Assembly (NCBI GenBank): GCA_965204375.1
Contig: OZ241986.1
Coordinates: 32,001-96,000, forward strand
Direction: 5' to 3'
DNA from: Candidatus Latescibacterota bacterium
Lineage (GTDB): Bacteria; Latescibacterota; UBA2968
Length of the DNA stretch: 64,000 bases
Below the pieces are notes generated by a model. It saw only the letters and a program-made list of their open reading frames with translations, made no database searches and was not told where the DNA came from. Positions 31,909 through 43,609 of this stretch are shown piece by piece (position 1 is the stretch's first letter; every line of letters begins with the position of its first letter). The translations under genes and the position numbers were made by a program.

Positions 31909-33402
31909 TTACGGCAGGTCGGTCGATCCCATGAGGTAGCGATCTGCTTCGCGGGCAGCACCGCGACCTTCTGCGAAGGCAAAGACAACGAGGCTCATGC
32001 CGCGGCGCACATCGCCTGCGACAAAGAGGCCGGGGATTCTGGTGGTGAACTCGCCTTCGACAGCTTTGGCATTGGAGCGTTCGTCGCGTTCGAGTTCGAG
32101 TTCGTCGAGAATGGTATCTTCGGGACCGAGCCAGCCCATGGATAGGAAAACGAGATCGGCAGGCCATTCTCTTTCCGTGCCGGGCACTTCGCGGAATGGC
32201 GCGCCATTTTCTGCGGGTACCCATTCCACTTGCATAGTTTTCAATGCTTTGAGTGTGCCGTTTTCATCACCGATAAATTCCGTGGTGCTGATGAGATATT
32301 CGCGTGGGTCTCTGCCAAAAATGGCGGCGGCTTCCTCTTGTCCATAGTCCGTTTTAAAAATGAGCGGCATTTGAGGCCAGGGGTTGCTGTCGGTGCGCGT
32401 TTTGGGCGGTTCGGGAATAATATCGAATTGGTGCAGGCTTTTGCAGCCGTGGCGCATCGCCGTGCCCACGCAGTCGGTTCCCGTATCCCCGCCGCCGAGC
32501 ACGATCACGTGTTTGTCTTTGGCGTTTATATAATTGCCGTCTTCAAGATTGGAGTCGAGCAGGCTTTTGGTGTTTTTGTGCAAATACTCAATGGCCTGAT
32601 GTATGCCGTTGAGTTCGCGGCCTTTGATGGGCAGGTCGCGGGGTTTGAGTGCGCCAATGCAGAGCACGACCGCGTCGTATTCATTGAGGAGATCTTTTGC
32701 GGGCAGATCTGTGCCAATTTCGGTATTGGTGATAAACTCGATGCCCGATTCGATCATGAGGTCAATGCGGCGTTGGACAACTTCTTTTTTGTCGAGCTTC
32801 ATGTTGGGGATACCGTACATGAGCAATCCCCCAATGCGGTCAGAGCGCTCGTACACGGTGACTTTGTGCCCGGCTTTGTTGAGTTGTGCGGCGCAAGAGA
32901 GGCCTGCGGGACCTGAACCCACGACAGCCACGCGCTTGCCCGTGCGCTTGTCGGGTATATCGGGCGTGACCCAGCCTTCTTCCCAGCCTTTGTCGATGAT
33001 GGAGACTTCGATATTTTTGATGGTGACGGCAGGTTCTGTCATGCCCAGCACGCAGGACCCCTCGCAGGGGGCTGGACATACGCGACCTGTGAATTCGGGA
33101 AAGTTGTTGGTTTTGTGCAAGCGCTCGAGTGCTTCTTTCCATAGACCGCGATACACGAGATCATTCCACTCGGGAATGAGGTTGTTGATGGGACATCCAG
33201 AGGGAAAGGGCGTAGATTCGGGCAGGCGCACACCGGTATGGCAAAAGGGTATGCCGCAGTCCATACACCGCGCACCTTGCTCTTGAAGTTTTTCATCGGG
33301 GTGATGATGGTGAAATTCTTTCCAGTCTGCGATGCGCTGTGCGGGGTCTCTATCGGCCGGAAGTTCTCGCTGAAATTCCATGAATCCGGTCGGTTTTCCC
33401 AT
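31909..33402 (-). CDS. gltD: Glutamate synthase small subunit
   Basis: [43 protein letters not shown]. Confidence 0.97.
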   Translation of the reverse strand: MGKPTGFMEFQRELPADRDPAQRIADWKEFHHHHPDEKLQEQGARCMDCGIPFCHTGVRLPESTPFPSGCPINNLIPEWNDLVYRGLWKEALERLHKTNNFPEFTGRVCPAPCEGSCVLGMTEPAVTIKNIEVSIIDKGWEEGWVTPDIPDKRTGKRVAVVGSGPAGLSCAAQLNKAGHKVTVYERSDRIGGLLMYGIPNMKLDKKEVVQRRIDLMIESGIEFITNTEIGTDLPAKDLLNEYDAVVLCIGALKPRDLPIKGRELNGIHQAIEYLHKNTKSLLDSNLEDGNYINAKDKHVIVLGGGDTGTDCVGTAMRHGCKSLHQFDIIPEPPKTRTDSNPWPQMPLIFKTDYGQEEAAAIFGRDPREYLISTTEFIGDENGTLKALKTMQVEWVPAENGAPFREVPGTEREWPADLVFLSMGWLGPEDTILDELELERDERSNAKAVEGEFTTRIPGLFVAGDVRRGMSLVVFAFAEGRGAAREADRYLMGSTDLP

Positions 33403-33416
33403 AAGTGCTCCTTTTC

Positions 33417-36400
33417 TCAAGCTTCAACTTCTACGCCGCGGCGGAATGCTTCAAGCCATGCATCTTCGCCTTTCAAACCCTCTTGTTGCGCGGTTTCATA
33501 AGCAGAGAGAATGCGCTTGTAGGGCTTGGGGAAGACTTTGACAAATTTGGGCAACATGTCATCCCAATGGACGAGGATGTGTTGCGCCACGCTGCTCTCG
33601 GTGTAGTCGGCGTGTTTGGTAATCATGCTTTTGAGTTCTTCAATGTCTTCGTCGTTTTGGACGGGTTCGAGATCGACGAGTTCGGGGTTGCAGCGTATGT
33701 GGAAGTCACCGTCTTCGTTGAGCACATAAGCAATACCACCGGACATGCCAGCAGCAAAGTTGCGCCCGGTTTTGCCCAAAATGACGGCCATTCCACCCGT
33801 CATATACTCGCAACCGTGATCGCCTACGCCTTCGACGACTGCGCTAACGCCCGAGTTTCTCACGCAGAAGCGTTCGCCTGCCTGACCGCGGATGAAGGCT
33901 TGCCCATTGGTTGCACCGTAGAAGGATACGTTGCCGATGATGATGTTGTCTTCGGCTTTGAAGGTGGATCCCTTGCGCGGATAGACAATCAGTTTGCTGC
34001 CGCACAGTCCCTTGCCAAAGTAGTCGTTGGCGTCGCCTTCGAGGCGGAAGGTGATACCCGGCGGCGTAAAGGCTGCAAAAGATTGTCCGGCCGATCCCTC
34101 AAAGGTGATGTCAATGGTGTCTTCGGGCAGGCCATCGGGTCCGAACCTGCGGGTGATTTCACTGCCGAGGATGGTACCGACCACGCGGTTGGTATTTTTG
34201 ATGTCGAATTTCGCGCGGACTTTGCTGCCATCTTTGAGAGCGGGTTCGCAAAGTTCGAGCAGGATCTGGTTGTCCACCGCGTTTTCGAGGCCGTGATCCT
34301 GTTCGATCTGACAATAACGACCAATTTCGGGATCGGCGTCTGGTTTTTCGAGAATGGGAGACAGGTCCAGATATTTCGCTTTCCAGTGATCGGTTTTTGC
34401 CTGGTGGAGCAGGTCGGTACGACCGATGAGTTCATCGATGGTGCGCACGCCGAGTTGTGCCATTATTTCGCGCATATCCTGTGCGATAAAACGCAAGAAG
34501 TTGACGACCTGGTCGGGGTCACCCATGAACTTTTTGCGCAGTTCGGGATGCTGTGTGGCCACACCCACAGGACAGGTGTCGAGGTGGCAAACGCGCATCA
34601 TGATGCAGCCCATGGCGACGAGTGCTGTGGTGGCAAATCCAAATTCTTCGGCGCCGAGCAGGGCTGCAATAATCACATCGCGCCCGGTTTTGAGTTGTCC
34701 GTCGGTCTCGACTACGATGCGCGATCTCAGATTGTTGAGCACCAGGGTCTGGTGGGTTTCGGCAACGCCGAATTCCCAGGGCAGGCCAGCGTGTTTGATG
34801 CTGGTTTGCGGCGATGCGCCAGTACCGCCGTCGAGGCCAGAGATGAGTACCACATCGCCGTGGCCTTTGGATACGCCCGCTGCGACGATGCCGACATTGA
34901 TTTCTGCGACGAGTTTGACGTTAATCCTGGCATGGTGGTTGGCGTTTTTGAGGTCGTGAATGAGTTGCGCCAGATCTTCGATGGAGTAAATATCGTGATG
35001 TGGCGGCGGTGAGATGAGTTCTACACCCGGTGTGGAGTGCCGAACCGTGGCAATCCACGGATACACTTTATTACCGGGCAATTCGCCGCCTTCACCAGGC
35101 TTGGCACCCTGCGCCATTTTGATCTGCAATTCTTTGGCATTGACCAGATAATTGCTGGTGACGCCAAAGCGTCCAGAAGCCACTTGTTTGATGGCGCTGT
35201 TTTTGGAATCACCATTGGGTTCGAGGGTATAACGCGCCGGGTCTTCGCCACCTTCGCCGGTGTTGCTTTTTCCTCCCAGACGATTCATCGCAATGGCGAG
35301 TGCTTCGTGCGCTTCTTTAGATATCGATCCGTAGGACATGGCGCCGGACTTAAAGCGCCTGGTGATTGCTTCGACGGGTTCAACTTCGTCGATGGATATG
35401 GGTTCGCTGGCATAGTTGAAGTCCAGGAGACCGCGCAGGGTTGCCAGATTTTTGGCCTGTTGGTCGATGAGGACGGCATATTCTTTGTACACGTCGTAAT
35501 CGTTGATGCGCGTGGCATGCTGGAGCTTGTGAATGGTAAGGGGATTAAAGAGGTGGTATTCCCCGCCTTGTCGCCACTGAAAATGCCCGCCGACGTCGAG
35601 GGTGCTGCCATTGACCGAAATTTCGGGATACGCATCGCGATGCCGCATCAGGGCTTCTCGAGCAATGACATCGAGGCCAATGCCGTCTATGCGGGAATCC
35701 GTCCAGGTAAAGTATTGGTCAATGACGTCTTTTGAAATGCCAACTGCTTCAAAAATTTGAGCGCCTCGATAGGACTTGATGGTAGAGATGCCCATTTTTG
35801 CCATGACTTTGACTACGCCTTTGGTCGCAGATTTGACATATCCTTTGACCGCATCGCGGTAGGCGATACCGGTCAATTGCTTTTCGGCGATCATATCGGC
35901 GAGACTTTCATAAGCCATATAGGGATTGATCGCCTGAGCGCCGTAGCCGATGAGCAAGCAGAAGTGATGCACTTCACGGGGTTCACCTGTTTCGAGGGCA
36001 ATCCCGACTTTGGTGCGCATACCTTCTCGGATGAGGTGGTGGTGGAGACCGCTCATGGCCAGGAGCGCTGGAATGGGGGCGTGGTCTTTGTCGATACCGC
36101 GGTCTGAAAGAATGAGAATGGTATAACCGTCTTCAATGGCTTTGTCGGCTTCTGCACACAGTTTGTGCATGGCTTTTTCGAGGCCGGCTTCTCTATCGGC
36201 CACGTCAAAGAGCATGGAAATGGTGGTGGCTTTGAGACCCGGGCGGTCAACGCCGCGCAATTGCTCGAGCTCTTCATTGGTCAAAACGGGCGTGTCGAGA
36301 TGGATTTGTCTGCAACTTTCGGGTTCGGGAATAAGTAGATTGCGCTCTGGACCAATGGTGGCGTCAGCCGAGGTGATGACCTCTTCTTTAAGGGGATCGA

Positions 36401-37985
36401 GAGGCGGATTGGTCACCTGGGCAAAGAGCTGTTTGAAGTAGTTGTAGAGCAGGTGTGGTTTGTTGGACAATACCGCCAATGGCGCGTCGTTGCCCATTGA
36501 TCCGACGGGATCGCGTCCGATTTTGGACATGGGGCCAACAAAAATTTTAAGGTCTTCGAACGTGTACCCAAAAGCCTGTTGCCGCATGAGTATTTCAGCG
36601 TGATTTGTGGGGGGTGCAATGGGCGCGACTGCGGGCAGGTTGTTGAGTGAAATGAGATGGTCGTCGAGCCATTGCTGATAGGGGTGCTCGGAGACCATTG
36701 ACTGCTTGACTTCGTCGTCGGAAATGATGCGACCCTTTTTGGTATCGACGAGAAGAATTCGACCGGGTTGCAATCGGCCTTTGTAAGCGATGCGCTCGGG
36801 TTCCAATTCGCAGACACCCGCTTCGGAACTGAGGATGAGCAGGTCGTCTTTGGTGACGTAATAACGCGAAGGACGCAAGCCATTGCGGTCGAGGCAGGCG
36901 CCCACGATTTCGCCATCGGTAAAGCCGATAGAAGCGGGACCATCCCAGGGTTCCATGAGACAGGAATGGTATTCGTAGAAGGCGCGCCTTTCGGGGATCA
37001 TGCTTTCGTGGTTTTCCCAGGGTTCGGGAATCATCATGACGGCTGCGTGCGCCATTGAGCGGCCAGATAGAGACAGAAATTCAAAGCAGTTGTCGAAAAT
37101 TGCGGAATCTGACCCGTCTTCGTAGAGGATGGGGAATATTTTTCGTATGTCGTCACCCCAAAGTTCTGAAGCCAGCATGGCCTGTCGGGTTTTCATCCAG
37201 TTTTGATTTCCGCGCAGGGTATTGATTTCGCCGTTGTGAATGAGGTAGCGATAGGGGTGCGACCGTTCCCAGGAGGGAAAGGTGTTGGTGGAAAAACGGG
37301 AATGCACGAGGACAATCGCGGCTTCCATGCGGTGATCTTGCAGCTCGGGATAAAATTCGGGCACCTGCATAGGCGTGAGCATGCCTTTGTACACTATGGT
37401 GCGCGACGACAAGCTGGGGATGTAAAAATTTTTGTCGTGTTCGGTATAGCGGATCGTGTTGGTGGCGCGCTTGCGAATGACGTAGAGTTTGCGTTCAAAT
37501 GCCGCCGGGTCGGACAAGTCGCTACCAATGAAAATTTGCCACACAACGGGTTCACAGGATCTGGAGGTGAGGCCCAGATAGAAGTTGTCTGTGGGAACTT
37601 TGCGCCAGCCGAGGACTTCCTGCCCTTCTTCCTGGACGATATTCTCAATGATTTGACGCGTTTTTTGGCGGATGGATCGGTCTTCATCATCGGTCATAAA
37701 AACCATGCCGATACCATAGTGACCGGGGTCTGGCAGATCGATGTCGATCCCCTTGCAGGCGTGTTTGAAGAAACGATGTGGAATTTGCATCAAAATACCA
37801 GCGCCATCGCCCGTGTTGTCTTCGGCACCGCGCGCGCCCCGGTGGTCGAGACAGACGAGGGATTCGAGAGCCATTTTGACGATCTGGTTGGATTTTTCGC
37901 CTTTGATATTCACGACAAAACCAATGCCACAGGCGTCGCGTTCGTATTTGGGGTTATAGAGTCCGTGCTTGCGAGGATATGCCAT
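33417..37985 (-). CDS. gltB: Glutamate synthase large subunit
   Basis: [47 protein letters not shown]-terminal domain. Confidence 0.98.
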   Translation of the reverse strand: MAYPRKHGLYNPKYERDACGIGFVVNIKGEKSNQIVKMALESLVCLDHRGARGAEDNTGDGAGILMQIPHRFFKHACKGIDIDLPDPGHYGIGMVFMTDDEDRSIRQKTRQIIENIVQEEGQEVLGWRKVPTDNFYLGLTSRSCEPVVWQIFIGSDLSDPAAFERKLYVIRKRATNTIRYTEHDKNFYIPSLSSRTIVYKGMLTPMQVPEFYPELQDHRMEAAIVLVHSRFSTNTFPSWERSHPYRYLIHNGEINTLRGNQNWMKTRQAMLASELWGDDIRKIFPILYEDGSDSAIFDNCFEFLSLSGRSMAHAAVMMIPEPWENHESMIPERRAFYEYHSCLMEPWDGPASIGFTDGEIVGACLDRNGLRPSRYYVTKDDLLILSSEAGVCELEPERIAYKGRLQPGRILLVDTKKGRIISDDEVKQSMVSEHPYQQWLDDHLISLNNLPAVAPIAPPTNHAEILMRQQAFGYTFEDLKIFVGPMSKIGRDPVGSMGNDAPLAVLSNKPHLLYNYFKQLFAQVTNPPLDPLKEEVITSADATIGPERNLLIPEPESCRQIHLDTPVLTNEELEQLRGVDRPGLKATTISMLFDVADREAGLEKAMHKLCAEADKAIEDGYTILILSDRGIDKDHAPIPALLAMSGLHHHLIREGMRTKVGIALETGEPREVHHFCLLIGYGAQAINPYMAYESLADMIAEKQLTGIAYRDAVKGYVKSATKGVVKVMAKMGISTIKSYRGAQIFEAVGISKDVIDQYFTWTDSRIDGIGLDVIAREALMRHRDAYPEISVNGSTLDVGGHFQWRQGGEYHLFNPLTIHKLQHATRINDYDVYKEYAVLIDQQAKNLATLRGLLDFNYASEPISIDEVEPVEAITRRFKSGAMSYGSISKEAHEALAIAMNRLGGKSNTGEGGEDPARYTLEPNGDSKNSAIKQVASGRFGVTSNYLVNAKELQIKMAQGAKPGEGGELPGNKVYPWIATVRHSTPGVELISPPPHHDIYSIEDLAQLIHDLKNANHHARINVKLVAEINVGIVAAGVSKGHGDVVLISGLDGGTGASPQTSIKHAGLPWEFGVAETHQTLVLNNLRSRIVVETDGQLKTGRDVIIAALLGAEEFGFATTALVAMGCIMMRVCHLDTCPVGVATQHPELRKKFMGDPDQVVNFLRFIAQDMREIMAQLGVRTIDELIGRTDLLHQAKTDHWKAKYLDLSPILEKPDADPEIGRYCQIEQDHGLENAVDNQILLELCEPALKDGSKVRAKFDIKNTNRVVGTILGSEITRRFGPDGLPEDTIDITFEGSAGQSFAAFTPPGITFRLEGDANDYFGKGLCGSKLIVYPRKGSTFKAEDNIIIGNVSFYGATNGQAFIRGQAGERFCVRNSGVSAVVEGVGDHGCEYMTGGMAVILGKTGRNFAAGMSGGIAYVLNEDGDFHIRCNPELVDLEPVQNDEDIEELKSMITKHADYTESSVAQHILVHWDDMLPKFVKVFPKPYKRILSAYETAQQEGLKGEDAWLEAFRRGVEVEA

Positions 37986-38071
37986 AAAAAATGTTCCTTA
38001 ATCACATGGCGCGAAAATGCCAGAACCGCGATCCGGCCCTGGCATTTGAAAACCGGTTATTTTGTTAGATG

Positions 38072-38335
38072 CTATTCAAAGGCGACTGCATTGATTTCGA
38101 TGTAATCCAACCATTCGTCTGGCGTGTCTTCTTCGGCGAAGATCGCTTCAACCGGGCATTCGGGTTCACAGGCTCCACAGTCGATGCATTCTTCGGGGTG
38201 AATATAGAGCATGTTGAGACGTTCATCTTCAGGCAAATCGGTTGCGTCGGGTTCGTAGATGCAGTCCACCGGACAAACTTCTACACAGGCCTTGTCCATA
38301 ACATCAATGCATGGCTCGGCGATAATATAGGCCAT
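38072..38335 (-). CDS. 7Fe/8Fe ferredoxin
   Basis: [10 protein letters not shown]...[12 protein letters not shown]. Confidence 0.93.
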   Translation of the reverse strand: MAYIIAEPCIDVMDKACVEVCPVDCIYEPDATDLPEDERLNMLYIHPEECIDCGACEPECPVEAIFAEEDTPDEWLDYIEINAVAFE

Positions 38336-38390
38336 TTTATTTTTCCTTTCCTTTGCTATTGTTCCAACTCATCCGGCGTTGGCTTTGCCA

Positions 38391-38418
38391 AATATACTTA
38401 TTTGGTTGGCTTTGTCAA
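38391..38418 (-). promoter_or_regulatory. Sigma70-like promoter for the ferredoxin gene
   Basis: TTGACA-N16-TATATT on the minus strand. Confidence 0.55.
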
Positions 38419-38472
38419 GTATTGTAAGTTAAAATTATGATTGCAGGTACTTAAAAGAAGATTTTTTTACTT

Positions 38473-39036
38473 TTAGGACAAATTTTCGAGGAGTTTTGCA
38501 ACGGACCAATCGCCCTCTGTGCGAATGTCCAGGGTGAATCGTTGCCTGGCATCTTTCCTGCGTTCGGCAATTACCGTTGACCCATCGTAAAGCTGGTGTA
38601 AAAACGCCTGAAGGTCGTCATTTATGGCGTTGTGCGTGTTTTCGGTATTGGGGGCATTGAGGCGGTCGTTGAGGATGAGTCTGAGTTCATTTCCTCGAAA
38701 AGCGACCGCTTCTTCTGCTTCAAGACGCTGGCAGATTGCGCAGGCTGCGCGAACCGCTGAGGACAATTGCTGTGCAAAATTACCTCCGTTGGGTTGCTTG
38801 CGGTTGTAGAGCAGGCCGCGTTTTGCGTCCGTGTCGTCAATGCTGATGTCGTATTCGTGACCGATGAGCAGGGTCACGGGACCATTGGGTACGTGACTGT
38901 AATCGGCTGCATCGAGTAGCACATCGGCCCCATTGTGTGCTGAAATCCAGTTGTTGAAGGTTTTGAACCAGGTCTCAGGCGCGATATTGTGCCCCTGATC
39001 GAGATAAAATTTGACACTGATTTTATGGGTTGGCAT
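38473..39036 (-). CDS. Hypothetical protein immediately downstream of the nitrite/sulfite reductase
   Basis: 187-aa ORF, 9 bp from the reductase stop; LLDAADYSHVPNGP, NDRLNAPNT. Confidence 0.8.
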   Translation of the reverse strand: MPTHKISVKFYLDQGHNIAPETWFKTFNNWISAHNGADVLLDAADYSHVPNGPVTLLIGHEYDISIDDTDAKRGLLYNRKQPNGGNFAQQLSSAVRAACAICQRLEAEEAVAFRGNELRLILNDRLNAPNTENTHNAINDDLQAFLHQLYDGSTVIAERRKDARQRFTLDIRTEGDWSVAKLLENLS

Positions 39037-39045
39037 AATTACCTT

Positions 39046-41274
39046 TCACACCACATTCATTTGACCATAACAGGCATAGGCTTCTTCGATGAAGAGTTGG
39101 GCTTCTTCGACGGCCTGGTGGGCAATGTCCCGGGTGTATTCGGCGACTTCCTCTTCGTGAACGCGGAAGAGATAATTGGCAAATTTTGCGCCGGCAAACT
39201 GGTTGTAGAACAACTCGGTATCGCAAAAGCGCGTGCGAAATTCTTCGACGATGACATCGGCATCTTCGGGTACGTCGAGAAACTGCGTTTTGACCAGTGC
39301 TTTGGCGGCGTGCAACATGGCGCTGAAAGCCGTTTTGTACGCGGCTTCGTAGTCGCCTTCCTCCAGGTAAATCTGTGATTCAAAGGATTCGGTTTCGCAG
39401 CCGGACAGTTCAAATTGCACCAGTGAAACCACTTCGCCAGCGCATTCGCCTTTGCCCATATCGCCGATGGTAAATTCGCGCGTATCGCCCCAGTCCGTAT
39501 AGTAGGAGGGGTCTATTTCGTGCATGGGAACCTGCGTGAGGCCCTGAAGCAGATCTTTGACGTCTTTTTTTCCGATGCGCTGAATATAGGCCTGGAAGTT
39601 TTCGTCTTTTTCGCGGTTTTCAACATAATTGCCGGTGATGCGTTCGATGACGGCTGGAATATTTTTTGAGGGGATAGCACCCATGGCCAGGCCATAAGAT
39701 CCCGCATTCTCAGTCCATTGTCCGCCGAGTACGACCTGGAAGTGCGGCACGGTATAGCCATTGATTTTTCGGCTGTTGCCGTAAAAACCGAGATCGGCTA
39801 CGTGGTGTTGCCCACAGGAGTTAAAACATCCGCTGATTTTGATGCGGAAGTTTTTGATGGCGTCGTCGAGTTGGAGATTCTGTTGCGCCAATTGCGTTCG
39901 CAATTCCGCAGCGAGACCGCGCGATGAGGAGATGCCCAATTTGCAGGTGTCGGTGCCCGGGCAGGCGGTGACATCGACGATGGTGCCGGCTCCGGGTTCG
40001 GCTAATTCCAGTTCACAGAGGTCATTGTAGAGTGAAACGACATCGGATTCGCTGACCCATCGAAGGATGATGTTTTGTTCAACGGTGGCGCGAATGGTGT
40101 CTTTGACGTATTTGCGCGCAATATCGGCGAGGTTTCGCATCTGATCGGATGTGATATCCCCAAGAGGCAGACATATTGTTGCGACCACATAACCTTCTTG
40201 CCGTTGTTTGTAGATGTTGGTCTCTGCCCAGGCGTCAAATTCTTTGGGACGCGCAACCCCATTGAGGGGAGCAGCGATTTTGAGGGGTTCTTCCCCGTAG
40301 CTATCCAGGTCTTCGAGATAGGCTGTCCAGGCGGGATCTTCGGGCATGATTTTGCGTTCTTCTTCGACCAGGCGAATAAATTCTTCGATGCCGAGCTTGG
40401 CGACGAGGAATTTGATGCGGGCGCGGGCGCGGTTTGTTTTTTCGCCCAGGCGGGCAAAAACACGGCATATTGCCTGCGCTGTGGGCAAGAGTTCTTCGGG
40501 AGGCAGAAATTCCGAATAGAGTTTGGCCTGATGGGGCACGGCTCCCAAACCGCCGCCGACGTAGGTTTCAAACCCGCGTTTGCCGTCTTTGATGCGCGCG
40601 ATCATGCCCATGTCGTGCATACTGGTCAAACCGCATGCTTCCTGGGCGCATCCGGAAAAGGCGATTTTGAATTTGCGACCAAAGTCTTGGCAGTCGGGAT
40701 GTCCGAGGAGGAAGTTGGCGAGGGCATGAGAATACGGCGTGACATCGAATGTTTCGGTGTGACACACGCCGGAAAGCGGACAGGCCGTGACATTGCGGAT
40801 GGAGTTTCCGCAGGCTTCTCGGGTGGTGATGCCCACGGCGGCGAGACGGCGCATGAGGTCGGGTGTGTCTTCGATGTGTACGTAGTGAATTTGAATATCC
40901 TGGCGCGTGGTGATGTGCAAAATGCCGTCGGAATATTCTTCGGCTACGTCGGCCAACACATCCATTTGATCGGTGGTCAGGCCGCCATAAGGGATTTTGA
41001 TGCGCTGCATACCCGGTGCATCCCAGACCGTGTCTGGTCCTTTGAGGAGGTCGCCGCTGGGATAGTGAAGTGGTTTGGTTACCTGGCCGTCAAAGCGTTG
41101 TCCATTGTCGTAGCGCTGGCCGTAAACACCGCGGCGAAGACGGGTTTCTGCAAAGACGCGGTCGTCAATTTGGCCCTGTTTTTTTTGTTCGATCTGCGCT
41201 TCAAATGTATCGATTTCAGCACCTATATCTTCCGGGATCAGATCGCGCAATTCTTCTTTCCAATTTGTGGCCAT
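39046..41274 (-). CDS. Siroheme nitrite/sulfite reductase with C-terminal HEPN-like helical domain
   Basis: GVYGQR, HITTRQDIQ, RKFKIAFSGC, CPGTDTC...SGCFNSC ligands; C-terminal AYKTAFSAMLHAAKAL. Confidence 0.9.
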   Translation of the reverse strand: MATNWKEELRDLIPEDIGAEIDTFEAQIEQKKQGQIDDRVFAETRLRRGVYGQRYDNGQRFDGQVTKPLHYPSGDLLKGPDTVWDAPGMQRIKIPYGGLTTDQMDVLADVAEEYSDGILHITTRQDIQIHYVHIEDTPDLMRRLAAVGITTREACGNSIRNVTACPLSGVCHTETFDVTPYSHALANFLLGHPDCQDFGRKFKIAFSGCAQEACGLTSMHDMGMIARIKDGKRGFETYVGGGLGAVPHQAKLYSEFLPPEELLPTAQAICRVFARLGEKTNRARARIKFLVAKLGIEEFIRLVEEERKIMPEDPAWTAYLEDLDSYGEEPLKIAAPLNGVARPKEFDAWAETNIYKQRQEGYVVATICLPLGDITSDQMRNLADIARKYVKDTIRATVEQNIILRWVSESDVVSLYNDLCELELAEPGAGTIVDVTACPGTDTCKLGISSSRGLAAELRTQLAQQNLQLDDAIKNFRIKISGCFNSCGQHHVADLGFYGNSRKINGYTVPHFQVVLGGQWTENAGSYGLAMGAIPSKNIPAVIERITGNYVENREKDENFQAYIQRIGKKDVKDLLQGLTQVPMHEIDPSYYTDWGDTREFTIGDMGKGECAGEVVSLVQFELSGCETESFESQIYLEEGDYEAAYKTAFSAMLHAAKALVKTQFLDVPEDADVIVEEFRTRFCDTELFYNQFAGAKFANYLFRVHEEEVAEYTRDIAHQAVEEAQLFIEEAYACYGQMNVV

Positions 41275-41368
41275 GATATATCACCTGTAGTTAGGAGATT
41301 TTTGGTTGAGCATGATCAAAAATGAATTTGAAACTTAGTGTATTATGGGGATTTGTCAAGGGTAAAAG

Positions 41369-41405
41369 AAGAGAAGTGAGAAGTAAGAGGTGAGAAGTGA
41401 GAAGA
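41369..41405. repeat. Degenerate 7-bp tandem repeat (GAGAAGT)
   Basis: gagaagt gagaagt aagaggt gagaagt gagaag; complementary-type units TTCACCC at 12563-12590. Confidence 0.6.
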
Positions 41406-41455
41406 CCACTCAACACCACCCCAGGGCGGATGCGACTTCCTCCTTCACACTTCCT

Positions 41456-42466
41456 TCATCCCCCGATTTGATACATTTCGATTTTGTGCGTTGCCGGGGT
41501 GTGATCCGTGCGGATTTCGGAGTAGCGGTCCGTGCGGCGACGCCAGGTCCAGGTGATCTTGTTGCGCAGATGAGCGCTGGACGCGCCTTGTCGCAGGGCA
41601 TCGCGCAAGTCTGTTCCCTCTGAGGCGAAGAGGCAGGTGTAGAGTTTGCCGTCGGTGGATAGGCGTGCGCGCGTACAGTCGCCACAAAAGGGTTGCGTGA
41701 CAGAGGCGATGATGCCGATTTCACCGCCGCCGTCGAGATACCGATAGCGTTTTGCGACTTCGCCTGTGTAGTTGGGGTCAAGGGGCTCGAGGGGTAAGAC
41801 GGTGTGAATGCGGTCGATAATTTCTGCGGCGGGCACGACCTGATCCATGTTCCAGTTGTTGCGATTGCCCACATCCATAAACTCGATGAATCGCAGGATG
41901 TGTCCCGTGTTGTGGAAGTGTTGGGCGAGGTCGATAACGAGGTGATCGTTGATGCCTTTTTGAACGACTGCGTTGATTTTTATGGCCTGAAAGCCCGCCT
42001 TTTCAGCAGCGCGGATGCCTTCGAGTACTCGCTCGGTGCCATGGGTGCGACCACTCATGAGATTAAAGGTCTGGTCGTCAATCGCATCGAGGCTCATGGT
42101 GAGGCGGCGCAGGCCGGCGTCTTTGAGGCTCTGCGCTTTGGTGCCGAGGAGATAGCCATTGGTGGTGAGGGTGAGGTCTTGTACGCCATTGATCTGCGAC
42201 AATTTGGCGATGAGGGTTTCGAGGTCTCGGCGCAGGAGAGGTTCTCCGCCGGTGATCCGAATTTTGGTGACGCCGAGATCGACAAAAATTCTGGCGAGGC
42301 GAGTGATTTCTTCAAAGGTGAGGATTTCTGCTTTGGGAAGAAATTCGTACTTTTCGCCAAAAATCTCGGCGGGCATGCAATAGGGGCAGCGGAAATTGCA
42401 TTTGTCGGTGACCGAAATACGCAGATCGCGGATGGGGCGTTGCAATGTGTCGAGAAGGTCGGACAT
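41456..42466 (-). CDS. moaA: GTP 3',8-cyclase
   Basis: LRISVTDKCNFRCPYCMP, TGGEP, FCGDCTRARL...C, C-terminal IGG. Confidence 0.97.
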   Translation of the reverse strand: MSDLLDTLQRPIRDLRISVTDKCNFRCPYCMPAEIFGEKYEFLPKAEILTFEEITRLARIFVDLGVTKIRITGGEPLLRRDLETLIAKLSQINGVQDLTLTTNGYLLGTKAQSLKDAGLRRLTMSLDAIDDQTFNLMSGRTHGTERVLEGIRAAEKAGFQAIKINAVVQKGINDHLVIDLAQHFHNTGHILRFIEFMDVGNRNNWNMDQVVPAAEIIDRIHTVLPLEPLDPNYTGEVAKRYRYLDGGGEIGIIASVTQPFCGDCTRARLSTDGKLYTCLFASEGTDLRDALRQGASSAHLRNKITWTWRRRTDRYSEIRTDHTPATHKIEMYQIGG

Positions 42467-42476
42467 TGTGATACCA

Positions 42477-43493
42477 TTAGAATTTTAAGATTGTCCATAC
42501 GGGCACGTGGTCCGAAGCAAAGTCGCCGCGTGTGGTATAGATGATTTCGTCACCGGAAAAGCGGATGCGCGAGCGGGTTCCCTTCACGGCTTCGGCGTGG
42601 GTGAAAACGCCCGATGATTGGACGTGATTTTTCAGGTTTTGGGATACGAGGATTTGGTCGAAAAGGATTGCTTTGACTTTGACGTCCCGGGCAAAATTGT
42701 GTGGTTTGTCCCGCCATTTGTTGTTTTCTGCGCGCGCACCCGGAACTATGGGCTCAAAGGTATTGCTTTCGATTTTGTCGTAGAGATCGTGGTATCCATA
42801 AGAACAATAGTCCCGATCTAACAAGGCTTCGGATGTGTTGTAGAGAAATGCATCGGATACCTGGTCGATTCCGGGAAACGCGTCGGGATTGCCGGATTCG
42901 AGGATGTTGAGCGAGCGGTCGTCGGGGTTGTCGTTGAAGTCGCCGAGCAATACAATATGGTCGTATTTCACACGGCTGGTGAGATAGCGCATGGTCATGG
43001 TCGCGCTGGCTTCTCGGCGCGCATTGGTTTTGGCGCGTCCGCCCGATCGCGATTTGGCGTGGTGAACCAGAACAATCAAGCGGCGGCCATATCCTTCGAT
43101 ATAAGCCTGGAGGAGATCGCGCTTTCGGGGAAATGCCTGGTCGTGTACTTTTTCAGGAAAGACCATTTTGAGGTCGGTAATTTCATAAGGCTCGCGCACT
43201 GCTATGGCGAGTTCCTGGAGTTCTTCGGGATCATCGAGCATGCCAATGGTATAGTTGTCGGGCAAAATGCGCTCGAGCGCGGATTTTGATTGGATTTCCT
43301 GAAAGCCGATGATGTCTGCATTGAGTTTGTTTATAACTGTTTGCAGGCGTTCCTGGCGTGCATTGGAAATGCCATCGTCGAGCCAATAGATGTTGTAAGT
43401 CGCAACCTTGATCTCGGCGGGCTGTGGGCCACACGCAAAAAATAGAAGCAGAATCAAGGGGGCGAGATATGTCCTCCTTACTCGTTTTTGCAT
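42477..43493 (-). CDS. Endonuclease/exonuclease/phosphatase family lipoprotein
   Basis: Lipobox LFFAC; ATYN, FQE, GDFND, FDQILVS, SDHVPV; start at MQKRV. Confidence 0.85.
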   Translation of the reverse strand: MQKRVRRTYLAPLILLLFFACGPQPAEIKVATYNIYWLDDGISNARQERLQTVINKLNADIIGFQEIQSKSALERILPDNYTIGMLDDPEELQELAIAVREPYEITDLKMVFPEKVHDQAFPRKRDLLQAYIEGYGRRLIVLVHHAKSRSGGRAKTNARREASATMTMRYLTSRVKYDHIVLLGDFNDNPDDRSLNILESGNPDAFPGIDQVSDAFLYNTSEALLDRDYCSYGYHDLYDKIESNTFEPIVPGARAENNKWRDKPHNFARDVKVKAILFDQILVSQNLKNHVQSSGVFTHAEAVKGTRSRIRFSGDEIIYTTRGDFASDHVPVWTILKF

Positions 43494-43551
43494 GTAAATC
43501 TCCAGATAGGGTACGGGTAGGGCTATCTGCCCAATAATATACACGATTGCG

Positions 43552-43590
43552 AAAAAAATAAAAGGGCGACGGTATAAACCGCCGCCCTTT
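43552..43590 (-). terminator. Intrinsic terminator after smc
   Basis: AAAGGGCGGCGG-loop-CCGTCGCCCTTT followed by a T-rich tract on the minus strand. Confidence 0.75.
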
Positions 43591-43609
43591 GTGTTGCCCG
43601 AGGTTGGGA

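Noticed and set aside
33405-35012. Long antisense ORFs (535 aa here; 416 aa at 40075-41325; 321 aa at 17791-18756)
   Set aside because: They are shadows of gltB, the reductase and parE on the opposite strand, with no motifs of their own.
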